DNA of 64,000 nt from positions 51,336,001 through 51,400,000 of the forward strand of contig OX597825.1 in NCBI GenBank assembly GCA_951406725.2, read 5' to 3'. The notes beneath the pieces were generated by a model. It worked only from the letters and a program-made list of their open reading frames with translations, did not search any database and was not told where the DNA came from. Below, piece after piece: positions 51,370 through 64,000 of this stretch. Origin of the DNA: Octopus vulgaris. Taxonomy: Eukaryota. The position numbers and the translations under genes were made by a program. Position 1 is the stretch's first letter, and each line of letters starts with the position of its first letter.

Positions 51370-52212
51370 GCTTGTATGTATGCATGTACAAATGTATTTG
51401 CATGTATATGTATGTAAATGTTTATGTGTGACTGTAGTTGACTCTCTGTATGCATACTTATGTATACACGCATGTGTACCTACGTATAGATAGAATTTTA
51501 GATGTATATATTTCCGCGCATGAGATATAAGTTAATGCTTTGTTGAAACTTGTATGAGTGTATGTAAGTGTGTGTGATATCGTACGCAATAATTGTAGCA
51601 AGTGCTTGAGTTGTTGCAGAGTTTATGAAGCCAGATTGAACTTTGGTTATCTGATTTTGTAAAGACAATTCCTTATACATTTTCTCCCTTGTAGTACTTA
51701 TTTATTTTTCTTTCTATGTATCCTCATCTTCTCTTGCCGTCATTAGTTTTGTTTGGAAACATAAATAATTATGACAGAGATCTATGAAACTTTATTATAT
51801 GTGATCTATGCCCTAAGCGCATCACTTACAGCCTGAAAATTTATTTCAGCGTTTCTTCTAAGAGGTTTAGTATCAATTTTATTTTACTACCTATATTTAA
51901 AGTCACCTGACGATAGTAGATTTTTTTCATGATGTTATCGTAATAATCAAACTCTTCACTAATAAAAGAAATACTGCGAGAACAGATGTTGTAAATTATT
52001 AAGCTCCATTTCTTTCTTTTTTCCTGTTATACAAACAGCACACCTGAAACCATCCCTTGGTTGGATCTATCAATATATTTATCTCTGTCCTACTATCTAT
52101 CTCTTTCTCTCTCTTTCTTCCTCCTTCTCACTCTCTCTCTCTCTCTCTCTGTATATATATATTTGTATATATGAATCGAATTAAATGCACGTGTTATTCA
52201 AATCTTTATATT

Positions 52213-52296
52213 TCCGACAAATGTTTCGAAGAAACCATGGGTATTATTCCAGAAAGAATAAAATGATGTAAAACAATGCAATCTTCTCATCAGGGA
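52213..52296 (-). ncRNA. Type-I hammerhead ribozyme motif, core intact
   Basis: Minus strand: tcc-CTGATGA-gaaga..tcttc-GAAAC-attt-GTC-gga. Stem I tcc/gga, stem II gaaga/tcttc with the canonical G-C first pair, GUC triplet. Confidence 0.7.
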
Positions 52297-52925
52297 TTTC
52301 TATTTTCACTCCTTTAATCTTTATTCCTATTCACCTATCGCACTATATTTCTCCTGGTGCTGGCTGCTGAGGCCCACCGGAAAGTATTTAAAGGGAAATT
52401 TAGCAGGATGGTCAATCGCCCGCTGACATTCGTTGACGCTGCATCGAAGAAAGCAAAGAACAAAACAAAAAAAGAAGAAAGAAAAAGCGCACGCAATACC
52501 AGAGCTGAAGACACCTTCGAAAGTAAGGGGTCCCGACACGATGAAAACGGCAGAGGATTAGGGGCCAAAATCGGACGTGTTTCCTCCTGATGATGTCTTA
52601 ACCACTGGATCCTATAAAGGAGCGTTTGTGGTAGCGAACCACAAAACGTGGCTGGAATTCCTAATATTAATATATATAGTAAAAATAGTAAGAATGTAAG
52701 TTACAAGTGTAAATGACCAATATAAATAGATATATGTGTATATATATTCAATATTACACATGTCTGAATATATATACTTATATACTGTTGTGTCTGGGGA
52801 GAGTCACTCTCTTTTAGTGCCTTATCATTTAACACACTCATCGGTAAAATTTCCACCTACTTCTTATTTTCATTTTCTAAAATTTTCGAAAATATATATA
52901 TATATATATATATATACACGCACAC

Positions 52926-53005
<80 letters not shown>

Positions 53006-53093
53006 TATAGTTTCTTTTATCTAACTTTATCACATTGTATTATCTAGTTTCGTTCTTAAAAATAATAAAAATGGATGTAAGAAGTGTGTTTGT

Positions 53094-53143
<50 letters not shown>

Positions 53144-54026
53144 ATGCATATATATAGATATATGCATGTATTTTTATTCATTCCTTTATTTCTGTTTTCA
53201 ATAATGTAAATATATACGTTAGAATTGTATACGAGAATGCGCACATATATAAATAGATATGTATATGTATTTCCTTTTATTATATTTTACTGGTTTTGTC
53301 TTGGCTTTATAGTAATAAGAATGTAGGTAACGAGTATATATATATACGTGCATATAAAAATAGACACTTGAGTCTACATATAAAAACATAGACACTACAT
53401 TGTACGTAGGTTGTATTTAAGCTATAGTAATACTGGTATAAATAGTAAACATAGTAAGAACATATGTACTAAGTATGTATGTCTGTATATATAAATAGAT
53501 ATGTGCGCAGATATACAAAACTATATATGCACTACTTTGTAGGTGGGTATATGGAAGAATATATATGTATATGGGGTGGGTAAAGATACCTACCAACTTA
53601 TTTTATTTTTGATGTTGTTTCAAAAAAGGGATATACAAGATAGGCGGTAATGAATCAATTTTATTTAGAGGTTGTTTCGGGGTGGATTGAAGCCAGTTAG
53701 CCTTTCGAGAATGAAAGCAGGTAATTTAGACCCTTCAAAGAACAACAAAAACAGTTGATAGACAGAGAAAAGGTCAATCTATAACAGTTTATCATCTTAT
53801 TATCTCTAAACACTTAATATTATTTTTCATTCTATTTTACATTCTACTCCGTAATCTTATCATGAAGATAGTATTGTAAATTATAGCCAGCCTGACCCTT
53901 TCTTTGTCTTTTACTTTTTACAACAGTGAGTTTAGTTTTGTTTGTAAACTGATGAAATAGTACACTATTTTCGGTATGCATTCTCACACTGAGTGAAATG
54001 ACATCAACCGACAGAATTATTTGAAC

Positions 54027-54135
54027 AATCCCCTGAGGAGGCGAATTTTGCATCTTGGATGGATAATAATGAATGATTACACCTCACACCAGTGTAATAT
54101 AGGTGTAAGAATGCGTCAAAACAGTTGTAGTGATT
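54027..54135 (+). ncRNA. Hammerhead motif with one core substitution (AAAAC)
   Basis: aatccc-CTGAGGA-ggcgaatt..aatgcgtc-AAAAC-agtt-GTA-gtgatt. Stem I 5 of 6 pairs, stem II 7 of 8 pairs including one G.U; the G>A change is at a CpG. Confidence 0.6.
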
Positions 54136-54329
54136 TTAAAGTAAAGAATGTCTTTCATTCCATTTTCAGTCGATTAGTTATTTATATATATATGTATATA
54201 TATATATATATATGAATACATACGTATATAAATATATGCATATAAGTATTATATGTATATATGCATATATGTATGTATATCTATCTATCTCTCTATATAT
54301 AGATATGTATCTATATATCCGTACACACA

Positions 54330-54407
<78 letters not shown>

Positions 54408-54456
54408 ATATATATGCATTTTTTTCTTTAGTTTCACCTCAGATCTGCGGCCATGC

Positions 54457-54499
<43 letters not shown>

Positions 54500-54500
<1 letters not shown>

Positions 54501-54810
54501 TCTTTACATTTTCAATCACTAAACGGAGGCCATGCTGGGGTATCGTCTTGAAAATTTTAGTCAAATGAATCAACCTCACTACTCAGTTATGAAACCTAAT
54601 ACTTATTCCATCGATTTCTTTTGCCGAACCGCTAATTTAGGGGAAGGTAAACACCGCAGCACTGGTTGACAATTAGTGGTGAGGAACAAACAGAAACGCA
54701 CAAACACACGCACATACACACAATCACACACATATACGACGGGATTCATTCAGTTTCGGTCAACCATATCCACTCATAAGGCTTTGGTCGGCCCGAGGCT
54801 ATATTACAGG
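54500..54810 (-). mobile_element. SINE family B, head-truncated diverged copy
   Basis: GGCCATGCTGG..TTTGCCGAACCGCTAA..TACGACGGG..AAGGCTTTGGTCGGCCCGAGGCTATA. Confidence 0.8.
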
Positions 54811-54974
54811 AGACATACACAAGGTATACGCAGATACAAATGCAAACATAGATCTATAAACATATATACATACATATACAGATTTTATGTAAACACATAG
54901 ATCATATATATTTGTGAGTATATACACATAAATGCTTACACATTTTAATATTAATCGATATATATTGACGTACA

Positions 54975-55362
54975 TACTCTTTTACTTGTTTCAGTCATTT
55001 GACTGTGGCCATGCTGGAGCACCGCCTTTAGTCGAGCAAATCGAACCCAGTACTTATTCGATCGGTCTCTTAGGCCGAACCGCTAAGTTACGGCGACGTA
55101 AACATACCAGCATCGGTTGTCAAGCGATGTTGGGGGGACGAACACAGACACACAAACATACACATGCACATACATATATATATATATATATACATATATA
55201 CGACGGGCTTCTTACAGTTTCCCTCTACCAAATCCACTCACAAGGCTTTAGTTGGCCCGAAGCTATAGTAGAAAACACTTGCCCAATATACCACGCAGTG
55301 GGACTGAACCCGAACCCATGTGGTTGGTAAGCAAGCTACTTACCACACAGTCGCCACTCCTG
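54975..55362 (-). mobile_element. SINE family B, near full length
   Basis: Head CAGGAGTGGCGACTGTGTGGTAAGTAGCTTGC..GGGTTCAGTCCC, CORE-like body, internal microsatellite, tail ..GACTGAAACAAGTAAAAGAGT. Confidence 0.9.
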
Positions 55363-55903
55363 ATATATATTTATAATATATAAATATATAGAGAAATAGG
55401 CATACGGTATACATATACATAAACAGGCATATAAAAGCATATACAAACATACACACACATATTTGCATATATGGATGCATATAAACACACAAACAAATTT
55501 TTTTATTTATAGATGCATATATAGTTAAGATTCGGTTAAAATATTTTAGTATGTTACACAAAACTTATCTAATTATTGGCAAGAGAATTTTCATTATATG
55601 ATGATACAGTGGAAATACTCTTGTTGCTTGGGTTAAATCAGGAATTCCATAATATACGTAGAGTTTATATAAATAGTTAAACGAGAGAAAATGGAATGAT
55701 CATTCTTTATTCAAGATCACTAAAATTGTTTCAACTCATTTTTACACAAGTAGTTGATTGGCCAGATGTGATGTAGTCATTATCATCCATCGAATATATA
55801 AAATGCGCTTCCTCAAGTGATTAAGAAAAGTTCTTTCTTATATATCTCACTGTCATTCCACTCAATGTGAGACTGCATTTTATTCTCTATCATTTTACAT
55901 AGA

Positions 55904-57040
55904 CTAGCTTAAGGTTACCCGCTCTACGCGCGGTTGAGGGTGTGGTTGTTACTTTCTGTTGCTTCATTTCTGTTTCTTATCGCCACATTCTCCTTCTTTG
56001 TTTCTCTTTCCTCTCTCTCTCATTTTCCCACTCTCTTACTCTTCCTTTCTCTCGGACTCTTCCTCGCTTTCTCTTACTCTCTATCTTTCTCTCTCTATCT
56101 CTCTCCCATTTATAAAGTAGAAAAGATCTTGAGTAAGTTGAGAAAGAAAATATTTTGAAAGATCAATCATAAATATCAGGCAGTGACAACGGAAAGGTCT
56201 GTTTCAATGCGGACAGCAAAACACTAACATTTAAATTGGACAGACGAGCCTGCGAGCTGAATAATAATATAAAAAATATTGCAAACCAAAGTTTGAAGGG
56301 ATAGCATTCAAAACTTCTTAACAACGGACAGCAACGTACTGGCAGTTTAACGGCTGGCGCAAAATTTTGAACTTGAAAGTTCTTAAACGCTAAGTTTTGA
56401 AGGGATTCTTTCTCACGACAATAGACTCACTATGGCAGGCATTCAAAACTTCTTCATGATGGACGGCAACACATTTACGATTTAAAGGCAGGTGCAAATT
56501 ATTTAGCTTGATGTAACAGAGAATTCCTAAACAACCACTCCTGTAAATTTTAATCCCCTTCCATCCCCATTTAGATCCCTTTTCACGTAAAAATCCAATT
56601 TGTATCAACGTAATAATTCACCGTTCTAAAAGATCCGTGGCAGGAATATTTAAACTTTTGCGGCTGTCAACGCTTTCTCTCTATAGATACAGACAGACGT
56701 ACAGTGAGAGAGGTGGTGGAAGAAAGAGTGACAGAGAGATGGCGAAGCTGCCAAAAGTCGTTGTAAATAGAACGTGAAGGGAAGGAAGGAAAGAGAGGGA
56801 TGAAGACAGTGTGATATACAAAATGGAGAAACGACAAACACTTGTCAAAATGTGGGTTTTGTTGCCCTAGTAACCACAGCTTTTGAGATAGGGATTTCTA
56901 ACCTAGTCCGCTCACTTACTCGCCTCTTTTTACATATTCCTGTAAATTTTGGAACCAATCCGATCCCATCTAGTGCCCCTTAACCCGTTCCAATCCCAAA
57001 ATGAGACAAACTTTTCGCATTTCAGTTTTATAGATATTGA
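55904..57040 (-). mobile_element. Non-autonomous Helitron-like element with both termini
   Basis: Minus strand starts A|TC at 57041/57040 and ends with hairpin CCGC..GCGG about 10 nt before CTAG|T at 55904/55903. A^T target, no TSD. Confidence 0.7.
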
Positions 57041-57224
57041 TGCATACACACACACACACACTCACGCTTATGTAATTGATATATAATTTATATCAACAAG
57101 AACTCCCAAATCGAATGGGACATGATACCATAAAATTTAACTTAAAAATGATTTAGTAAATCCTACCATTAGATATGGCCTGGGTGAATTTTTGGTCGAA
57201 AAATATCGAAGTTAAAATTTTTAT

Positions 57225-57305
<81 letters not shown>

Positions 57306-57928
57306 ACACATATATATAGATATATATATCAACTGGAGTCTTGGTTGGGATTGTGAATTTCTTTCTGTTCGAAAAACTGCGTCATCGATATAATGGATTT
57401 CTTATGTTCTCACTGTTATTCTTGTGTATTGATTCTCATTATATTTTGCTGCGTCTTGTCTTTCTACTTATTCTTATCATAAGCATCCTTATACATTCAC
57501 ACCTATATCTCCATCTCCTCTACACTGTTGTCCATCATGTTTCCGTCTGATGGGTGTGAACGCCGCTATTAAGTGAAATAACAGTACAGATGTAACCTCA
57601 ACTTACAATAGCAACAACATCCACAGCTACAACTGAATTGGCAATAGCTTCTTTGTTATTTAATCCCAGTTCAGCTGTGAAACAAGCACCTTTATAATTG
57701 AATGCATTCAAACTGCGAACATACCGCTTTGCAATAGGATTTGATTTGAATGAGATTTGATAGCACCTTCTGGCAGATCGAGTGACCAATAGCTTGTTAT
57801 TTCTACTGTTACAGCTGATACTTCTATCTGCTTTTACTACTACTTCTACAAACATCACTAACGCCATTTAGTACGGCTAACACTGTTACAACTTATATTA
57901 CTGTTGCTGCCCTTACTGTTTCGCTATG

Positions 57929-58149
57929 CAGTATTCCCTCGACGATCGCGGGCATTACGTTGCAAAACTCCCCGCGAATGGTGAAAATCCGCGAAGTAGA
58001 AACAGTACTACACTGTATATTTTTCTATTATTTTTTAAATTTATATATATTTATTTTATCATAAATGCAAAACAACACCACGGAGGAATCGATGTAAGCT
58101 TAAATAATAAACCGCGATAGGTGAACCATGATATGGCGAAGGATTACTG
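57929..58149 (-). mobile_element. Tigger/pogo-type MITE, second copy
   Basis: CAGTATTCCCTCG..CGAAGGATTACTG-TA; body is the reverse complement of 50452-50684 (AAGCTTAAATAATAAACCGCGATA, GAAAATCCGCGAAGTAGAAACAGT). Confidence 0.88.
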
Positions 58150-58296
58150 TACAGCGATAATATCATAGAAACACATACCTACCGAACCTTATAATATAGC
58201 CTACACGCATACACTTGTACAAACACAAGTACATACGAGCAACATACCCTTACACAGAAACAAGTACACAAATATGTACAAATGAAAGTTGATAAT

Positions 58297-58500
58297 TTTA
58301 AATTTGGCACAAGACCAGCAGGGATATGTAAGTCGACTACAGCGACCACAGTGCTCAAGTAGTATTTATATTATCGGCGTCTAAATAATGAAAGGCAAAT
58401 TCGACCTCGGTGACATTTCGTTTCAAAACGTAGAGTCTGTGGAAATGCCTCTAGGCATTTTGTCCTGTTCAGTAACGATTCTGGCAGCTCGCCGCCTTCA
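58297..58500 (-). mobile_element. SINE family A
   Basis: AAATTTGGCACAAG..ATGAAAGGCAAATTCGACCTCGG..TAACGATTCTGGCAGCTCGCCGCCTT. Confidence 0.8.
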
Positions 58501-59182
58501 CTTAAGTAAATGATGCTGATCGGTGGTTCATCGACATCTTTATTCAGGAAGTATGACACAAACAACTATATAGTGTAATGGAGGATATGTATGACAGCGG
58601 TGTGCAGTCGAGACATGCTAGTGATGCACTGCATGTCCGTTGATTTTTATATAACTCAAAAATCAATTTAAGAACGTAATGTATTCATAACCACATTGAA
58701 AAGTTGTCCAAATCATTGGAAACTGAGCTAAAATAGTTACTTTGTTACAAAGGAAACCCGTCCAAATTGATACTTCGCTGTGTTCTCCTTTTTACTTCAT
58801 ACTAGGCAAGCTTAACGAAAAACGCATATGAAATCTTTTGTCCTCCCCTTCCTATCTTTTTACTCAGCTATCATTTCAATTGCCTGTAAGATTCCTTTTT
58901 ATCTCGATAAAAATAACTACGAAAGGCATGCTTTCAGAAAAAAACGCTTCCCTTCCCTTCAAGTCAACAAATTCCTTGTCGCTGATGTTGCTAACGCAAC
59001 AAGTTAAGTGGCTGAATGGGTTTGACTTTTTGACCTGTAAAACTTCTGACTAAAATATATCAACAATCACGCCGTGATTTTGGAATATCTATTTCACTCT
59101 GTCGTAAGATTTGAAATGTTTTTCATTAATCATCTTCTATGTGTTGAACAAAAAATAATTCTGAAAGCAGAAATATGATATA

Positions 59183-60236
59183 CAGGAGTTGGACAAAATA
59201 ATGGAAACACCTTCAAATTTCAAACATATTTTAACATAGACTAGCACCGCCTTTAGCAGTAATTACAGTTCGAATTCTATGATGTATGGACTCGTACAAA
59301 GTTTGAATTGTTTCCAAAGGAATTTTTGTCCATTCTTTAGCTAAGACAGTCTCCAGTTCTTGTAGAGATGATGGTGGAGGATATCGACTTCCTACTTGTT
59401 TTTTCTAAAATGCACCACAGATGTTTAATAATATTGAGATCTGGGGACTGTGGTGGCCAAATAAGATGTTCAACTTCACTAGAATGTTCCTTTTGCCATT
59501 CATTACCAACTTTAGCTGTGTGAATTGATACATTATCATCCTGAAAGATTACGTTTCCCCTTGGAAACAGTTTCGCAATCATATGATGAATTTGATCAGA
59601 GAAACTGCTCAAATAGTCTCGACTATTAATTCTGCCACGAAGGGAAACCATTGGGCAGGCGAATTTCCAAGATATAGCCCCTCAGATCATCACAGATCCT
59701 CCTCCATGTTTAACAGTCGGAAGAAGGTAGAGTGGGTCAAATGCTTCTTTTGGCTGTCTTCACACGTATACTCGACCGGTGGTAGGAAATAAAGTAAATG
59801 ATGACTCATCCGAGAAAATAACATTCTTCTACTGCTCCAGGGACTAATTCTATAGGTTTTTACTCCACCGTAAATGCTTTACAACGTTTGTCTTGGAAAG
59901 TAGTAGTTTTCTGATTGCAGTCCTCCCATGAAATTTGTGCAGCTCTCGGTGAACAGTTTATGAGTTCTCGAGGTGGTCATTACGCTAGCGCCTGCCATCG
60001 GAGCACCAACAATTTGACTTCTTTGAAAGTCTGACAGATCTGTCACTTTAATGAATTTCAATTACCTTTTTCTGATGTTATCTGAAGAGAAACAGCAATT
60101 TTAGCAAAACATATTAATCAACACTAATATATAAATCAAAAGACATAAAAATAAACAAGCATTCGATGGTTTTATAAATATTTCAAATTTATGATGCTAT
60201 AATGCTGGGTGTTTCCATTATTTTGCCCAACACCTG
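59183..60236 (-). mobile_element. Tc1 (DD34E-type) transposon, internally deleted, both TIRs present
   Basis: TA-CAGGAGTTGGACAAAATAATGGAAACACC and GGTGTTTCCATTATTTTGCCCAACACCTG-TA. Peptides DLSDFQRSQIVGA, IFSDESSF, FQDDNVSIHTAK, WPPQSPDLNIIKHLW. Confidence 0.93.
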
Positions 60237-61151
60237 TAGCTAATTAATCTTTCGTTCATCTACTAAAATTATCTTCCCGTTTTGCTGAAACTGATTTACA
60301 ATTCACGATCGCAGTAACATGGAGTATACAACTGAAATTGATTTTTTCTACAAAATATAACTTGAAAGTTGCAGAAATAACAGCCAATTCCCCAACAAAC
60401 TCTTTTTAAAAACTTTCTCACAGTATTCCTCATTTCAGTGCGGGAAATTTCTCTGAAAGAAATCTTTGCAGAAAGGTGAGTAGATTGATTATGTATTTCT
60501 TTCATTATTTTATCGCAGTTCTTTGTTTTGCCCAACAAATTCGTGTGGTAGATGGCTGTTATTTCTAGCATGTGGATAGGCTGCTTGAAACCGTATAATC
60601 GGGATGGTTGGGGTAATATTTTTTTTCTTTTGAAACATTGAAATTTCAAAATCAGTTTTTTTTTCAGAATCATAATCTCCGTATTTTTCTATTTCCCCAT
60701 AAAAAAAAAATTCTGAAAAAAGTGAAAAATGAAGAAAATTAATTGAAATTTTAAAGTTGTGATTTACGCCAATTTTTTTCTTTTTTTTTTTTTTCAGAAT
60801 CTCCATAGCCGAAAACATAGGTTTCCATATACAAGAAATTAAAGGAGGGAGAGGTTGGGTTACGTCTCCGCCATGTGTGCCAAATATTTATTAAATGACC
60901 AACCTCAGAATCCACCGCACGACACTGATGTATGGCTGCGTTGTTTGGGGAGCAGACAACCTGCTGAAAGGTCGTTGATTCGTATTGTCCTTTGCGTTCC
61001 CTTGGATAATAACAGTGATGTGGAGAGGGGAGCGTGGTATGCATGGGCGACTGCAGGCCTTCTACAAACAACCTTGCTTGACTTGAGGGTAACTTTCTAG
61101 GTGCAATCCTATGTTCTTTCATGACCGAAGGGAGTCTCCTCTTATATGTTT

Positions 61152-61736
61152 TACGAGGGGTACCCTAAAGAAACCTGAATTATGCAATATTATTTTATTC
61201 TTTTATTCATTTAGTTTTACATGTTTGCAATTTTTATCGCCTTCATATTATTTTCCATTTGAAGCCATGCATCGGTCTAGACGCGTTTTCCTCTGTTCGA
61301 AGCAGTACTGAAACTCTTGGAAAGTGATACCTTTTAACGCCTCCGTCGTTTTTTCTTCACGTCTATACCTACCAATTCTATAGCACCAGCTTTCCTCACT
61401 AGTGATGACCTTCGAAGGAAGTCCGGATCAATTTGCAGGTGTTCTTTCACCTCACGACACGCATTCAGTCGGGTATTTATTTGTTCTTCCGTGAGCAAGC
61501 GAGGCACACATTTTTCATTCATCTCTTTTCATTCGCAATTCCTCGCTCAAAATTCGTTTGTTGGAGCTCAAGGACAAACTAATCCTATCAACAAGTTCGT
61601 CATTTGTTCGGTGATGTGCCTTCAAGATCACTTCACGAATGTCCATGGTGTTTTCATTCGTTTAGGTGGTCGACGGTCGCCCTGAACGAGGGTGATCTTC
61701 AAACGACAATTGGCCATCATGAAAATCGACGAACAG
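61152..61736 (-). mobile_element. Mariner relic, truncated and internally deleted
   Basis: TIR-like TA-CGAGGGGTACCCTAAAGAAACC; peptides FEDHPRSGRPSTT, KCVPRLLTEEQ..RLNACRE, KVITSEESWCY. Confidence 0.85.
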
Positions 61737-61990
61737 GGGAGAAGAACTGCAATGGTTATGTCTGGTATTGGGACGTTGGTGGTGTGTTCTGTTCTTGATG
61801 TGTGGGTGATCTTTAGATTTGGTGTAATCTCTTTCATAAATGTGTTCTCTGTTAGCTTTTTCCCTGCTAAGTCTTGCGTGGTTCAAAAATGGTGGTTGTA
61901 GGTGATTTCTATCTATGGTGTATGGAGGATTATGAGGGGGTTGTTGTTGATTAAGTGGTTGAAATTAGGGGTGGTTTGTGCGTTGTTCAG
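61737..61990 (-). pseudogene. Possible Penelope-like endonuclease 3' remnant
   Basis: Minus strand KKLTENTFMKEITPNLK resembles RxxxExxFIxxxxPxLN. Confidence 0.4.
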
Positions 61991-62030
61991 TTTTGTTTGT
62001 TATTTATAATTTATTCGTTAGATATACTAA

Positions 62031-63200
62031 TTAGATATACTAATTAAAAATAGAAATGGACATATTTTACAAAACCACAGACGCAAAACAATATCCACTT
62101 TTTGAGTTATTCCACCCAAGACACGCTAAAATAAACATCCCCTTCAACCTTGTAAGAAGGATATGTACAATAGTGTCAGAACAAAATACAAGAAGCTTTA
62201 GACCGCAAGAACTCAGAAACACCCTAATTGACAGGCACTACCCAGTTCAACTCATAGAAGATTGAATCAGACGTGCAACACAAATGACATAGAAACCTTA
62301 AGAAAAAAGTTCAACACAGCAACACACCTACCCCGAAAATATTGCCGTATATATCCACATACAACCCCAAAAACAAAGAAGCCTTCACTATCGTCACCCA
62401 GAATTTACCAATGCTACATAAGGACCTCAAATTAAAGGAAATTTTAAACATACATAAAATCATTAAAAGCTACAAACAACAGAACTCACTAAAAAAGATC
62501 CTCACAAAGTCAAACTTATTTTCTAAAATAACAGATGCAAAAGTAAAAAAAAATGTGGTAGACCAAATTGCGCAACATGCCCAAACCTTCTACAAGGATC
62601 AGAATTCTTCTTCAAAGGACAAAAATTCAAAATCAAATCTAATTTTACTTGTGCTTCAGAAAATCTAAGTTATGTCATAAGATGCTCGGGCTGCCACCAA
62701 AACTACATAGGGTCCACGGGATTATCGCTCAGATGCAGAAGCACTCTGCATCGACAACATATTGCATTCCCAGAATACAGAATGATACCCTTTAGTGAAC
62801 ATATTGAGAAACTACTACCACATTTTATAATCTTTCCATTCTATCAATGTGCTATTGGAATACAAACACAAGTTAGATTAAACAAGGAAACCTTCTTCAT
62901 TGAAAAATATCAGCCAAACTTTAACCATTTTTAACATTTTAAATAAGGAAACTCATCTCATTGAAAATATATAAAGGAAAACCTAAACACTTGTAACATT
63001 CTATTCCTTCTAAACTAAATCCTATTTAATTAGTCATTCCCAACATGTTTGATTATCTCCCTTATACCTGGAAAACTTCTTGATTACCTTCTCTTGCCTT
63101 GAACTCCATATTTCAGAACATAGTGAAGGCATGACACGATCTAGGTAAAGAAATTTGAAAAGAAAATACGAAACCGGTTATTTCTCCAAAAACTATGATA
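62031..63200 (+). mobile_element. Penelope-like element, 5'-truncated (RT thumb, GIY-YIG, pseudo-LTR remnant)
   Basis: DIFYKTTDAKQY..HPRHAKINIPFNLVRRICTIVS, PYISTYNP, FTCASENLSYVIRCSGCHQNYIGSTG, KETFFIEKYQPNFN; downstream GAAACCGGTT hammerhead 3' half near 63170. Confidence 0.92.
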
Positions 63201-64000
63201 CTATACGCAAAATTTTATAACATTTTTCTAACATAACGACTTAAATATATTCTTAAACCATATACCACAAGCCTTCTGTACTTTTTTCAGTCCTTTTTAT
63301 TTTATATATATATATATATACATATATATAAATATATATACATATATATATATATATGTATATATATATACACGGATATATATTATTCATGCGCACACAG
63401 ACACACACACATAATTATAGGTGCATATATGTGCGAACAGGAAACTATACAGAAGCACAAACGCGCACGCAGATACACTCAAACCATTCCATTGCTGAAG
63501 CACACTTTCTGTGTTTCCCTTGAGGTTATCTCACGTTTAATCGTAAATAACGCATTAATAATTGTTTAATTTGTGAAAAGAATTTCACTCTGAGATAAAC
63601 GTTAAAATTCATTGAAGGAAGCACTTGAAACCTGGAAACTGAAGTGATTACGTGTGAACAATGACGAAAGCTACGAGGATATCTTGTTATTTAAATGACG
63701 ATGTACAAGATAGTTGCCTAATGCATTAATCTTTGGACGCGAGAACATAAATCTGATGGGCATATAAATTATAGCTTATTCAACAGGATAAAGGATTTGT
63801 TTGCAACAGAAGGCTTTTCAAAAAAACGCAAATTCTGCGGTTCAATATCGCAGAATTAGCTGTCAACATCTAAATGCTAATTAGTCTTCTCAATATATTA
63901 TTTATATAAGTCTGCGTGTATGTATATAACGCTGAAACCCAGGATATGCCTTTGCGTTATATATATATATATGATCATTATTATCAAAGCCACAGAAACC

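Overview
AT-rich, repeat-dense eukaryotic DNA with no intact host gene. The SINE families, microsatellite load and transposon mix look like an octopus (cephalopod) genome; this is inference from recalled repeat consensuses, not a database hit. The window may be mostly one long intron: a candidate signal-peptide first exon sits at 319-405 and a candidate microexon at 36168-36200. It contains a young CR1-group LINE (one nonsense codon in ORF2), an RTE 3' fragment, Penelope-like elements (PLEs), Tc1/mariner/maT, piggyBac, Tigger and hAT relics, two Helitron-like elements, many tRNA-derived SINEs and microsatellites. Two signals go beyond routine annotation. (1) About ten type-I hammerhead-ribozyme-like motifs of the minimal PLE/retrozyme kind, including two non-coding fold-back elements (722-889, 2809-3253) each carrying back-to-back hammerheads. 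(2) A correctly phased U-UUU-UUA slippery heptamer at the start of the LINE ORF1/ORF2 overlap, suggesting -1 ribosomal frameshifting into an AUG-less ORF2. Most ORFs in the supplied track are microsatellite artefacts. All motif and structure calls were made by eye.
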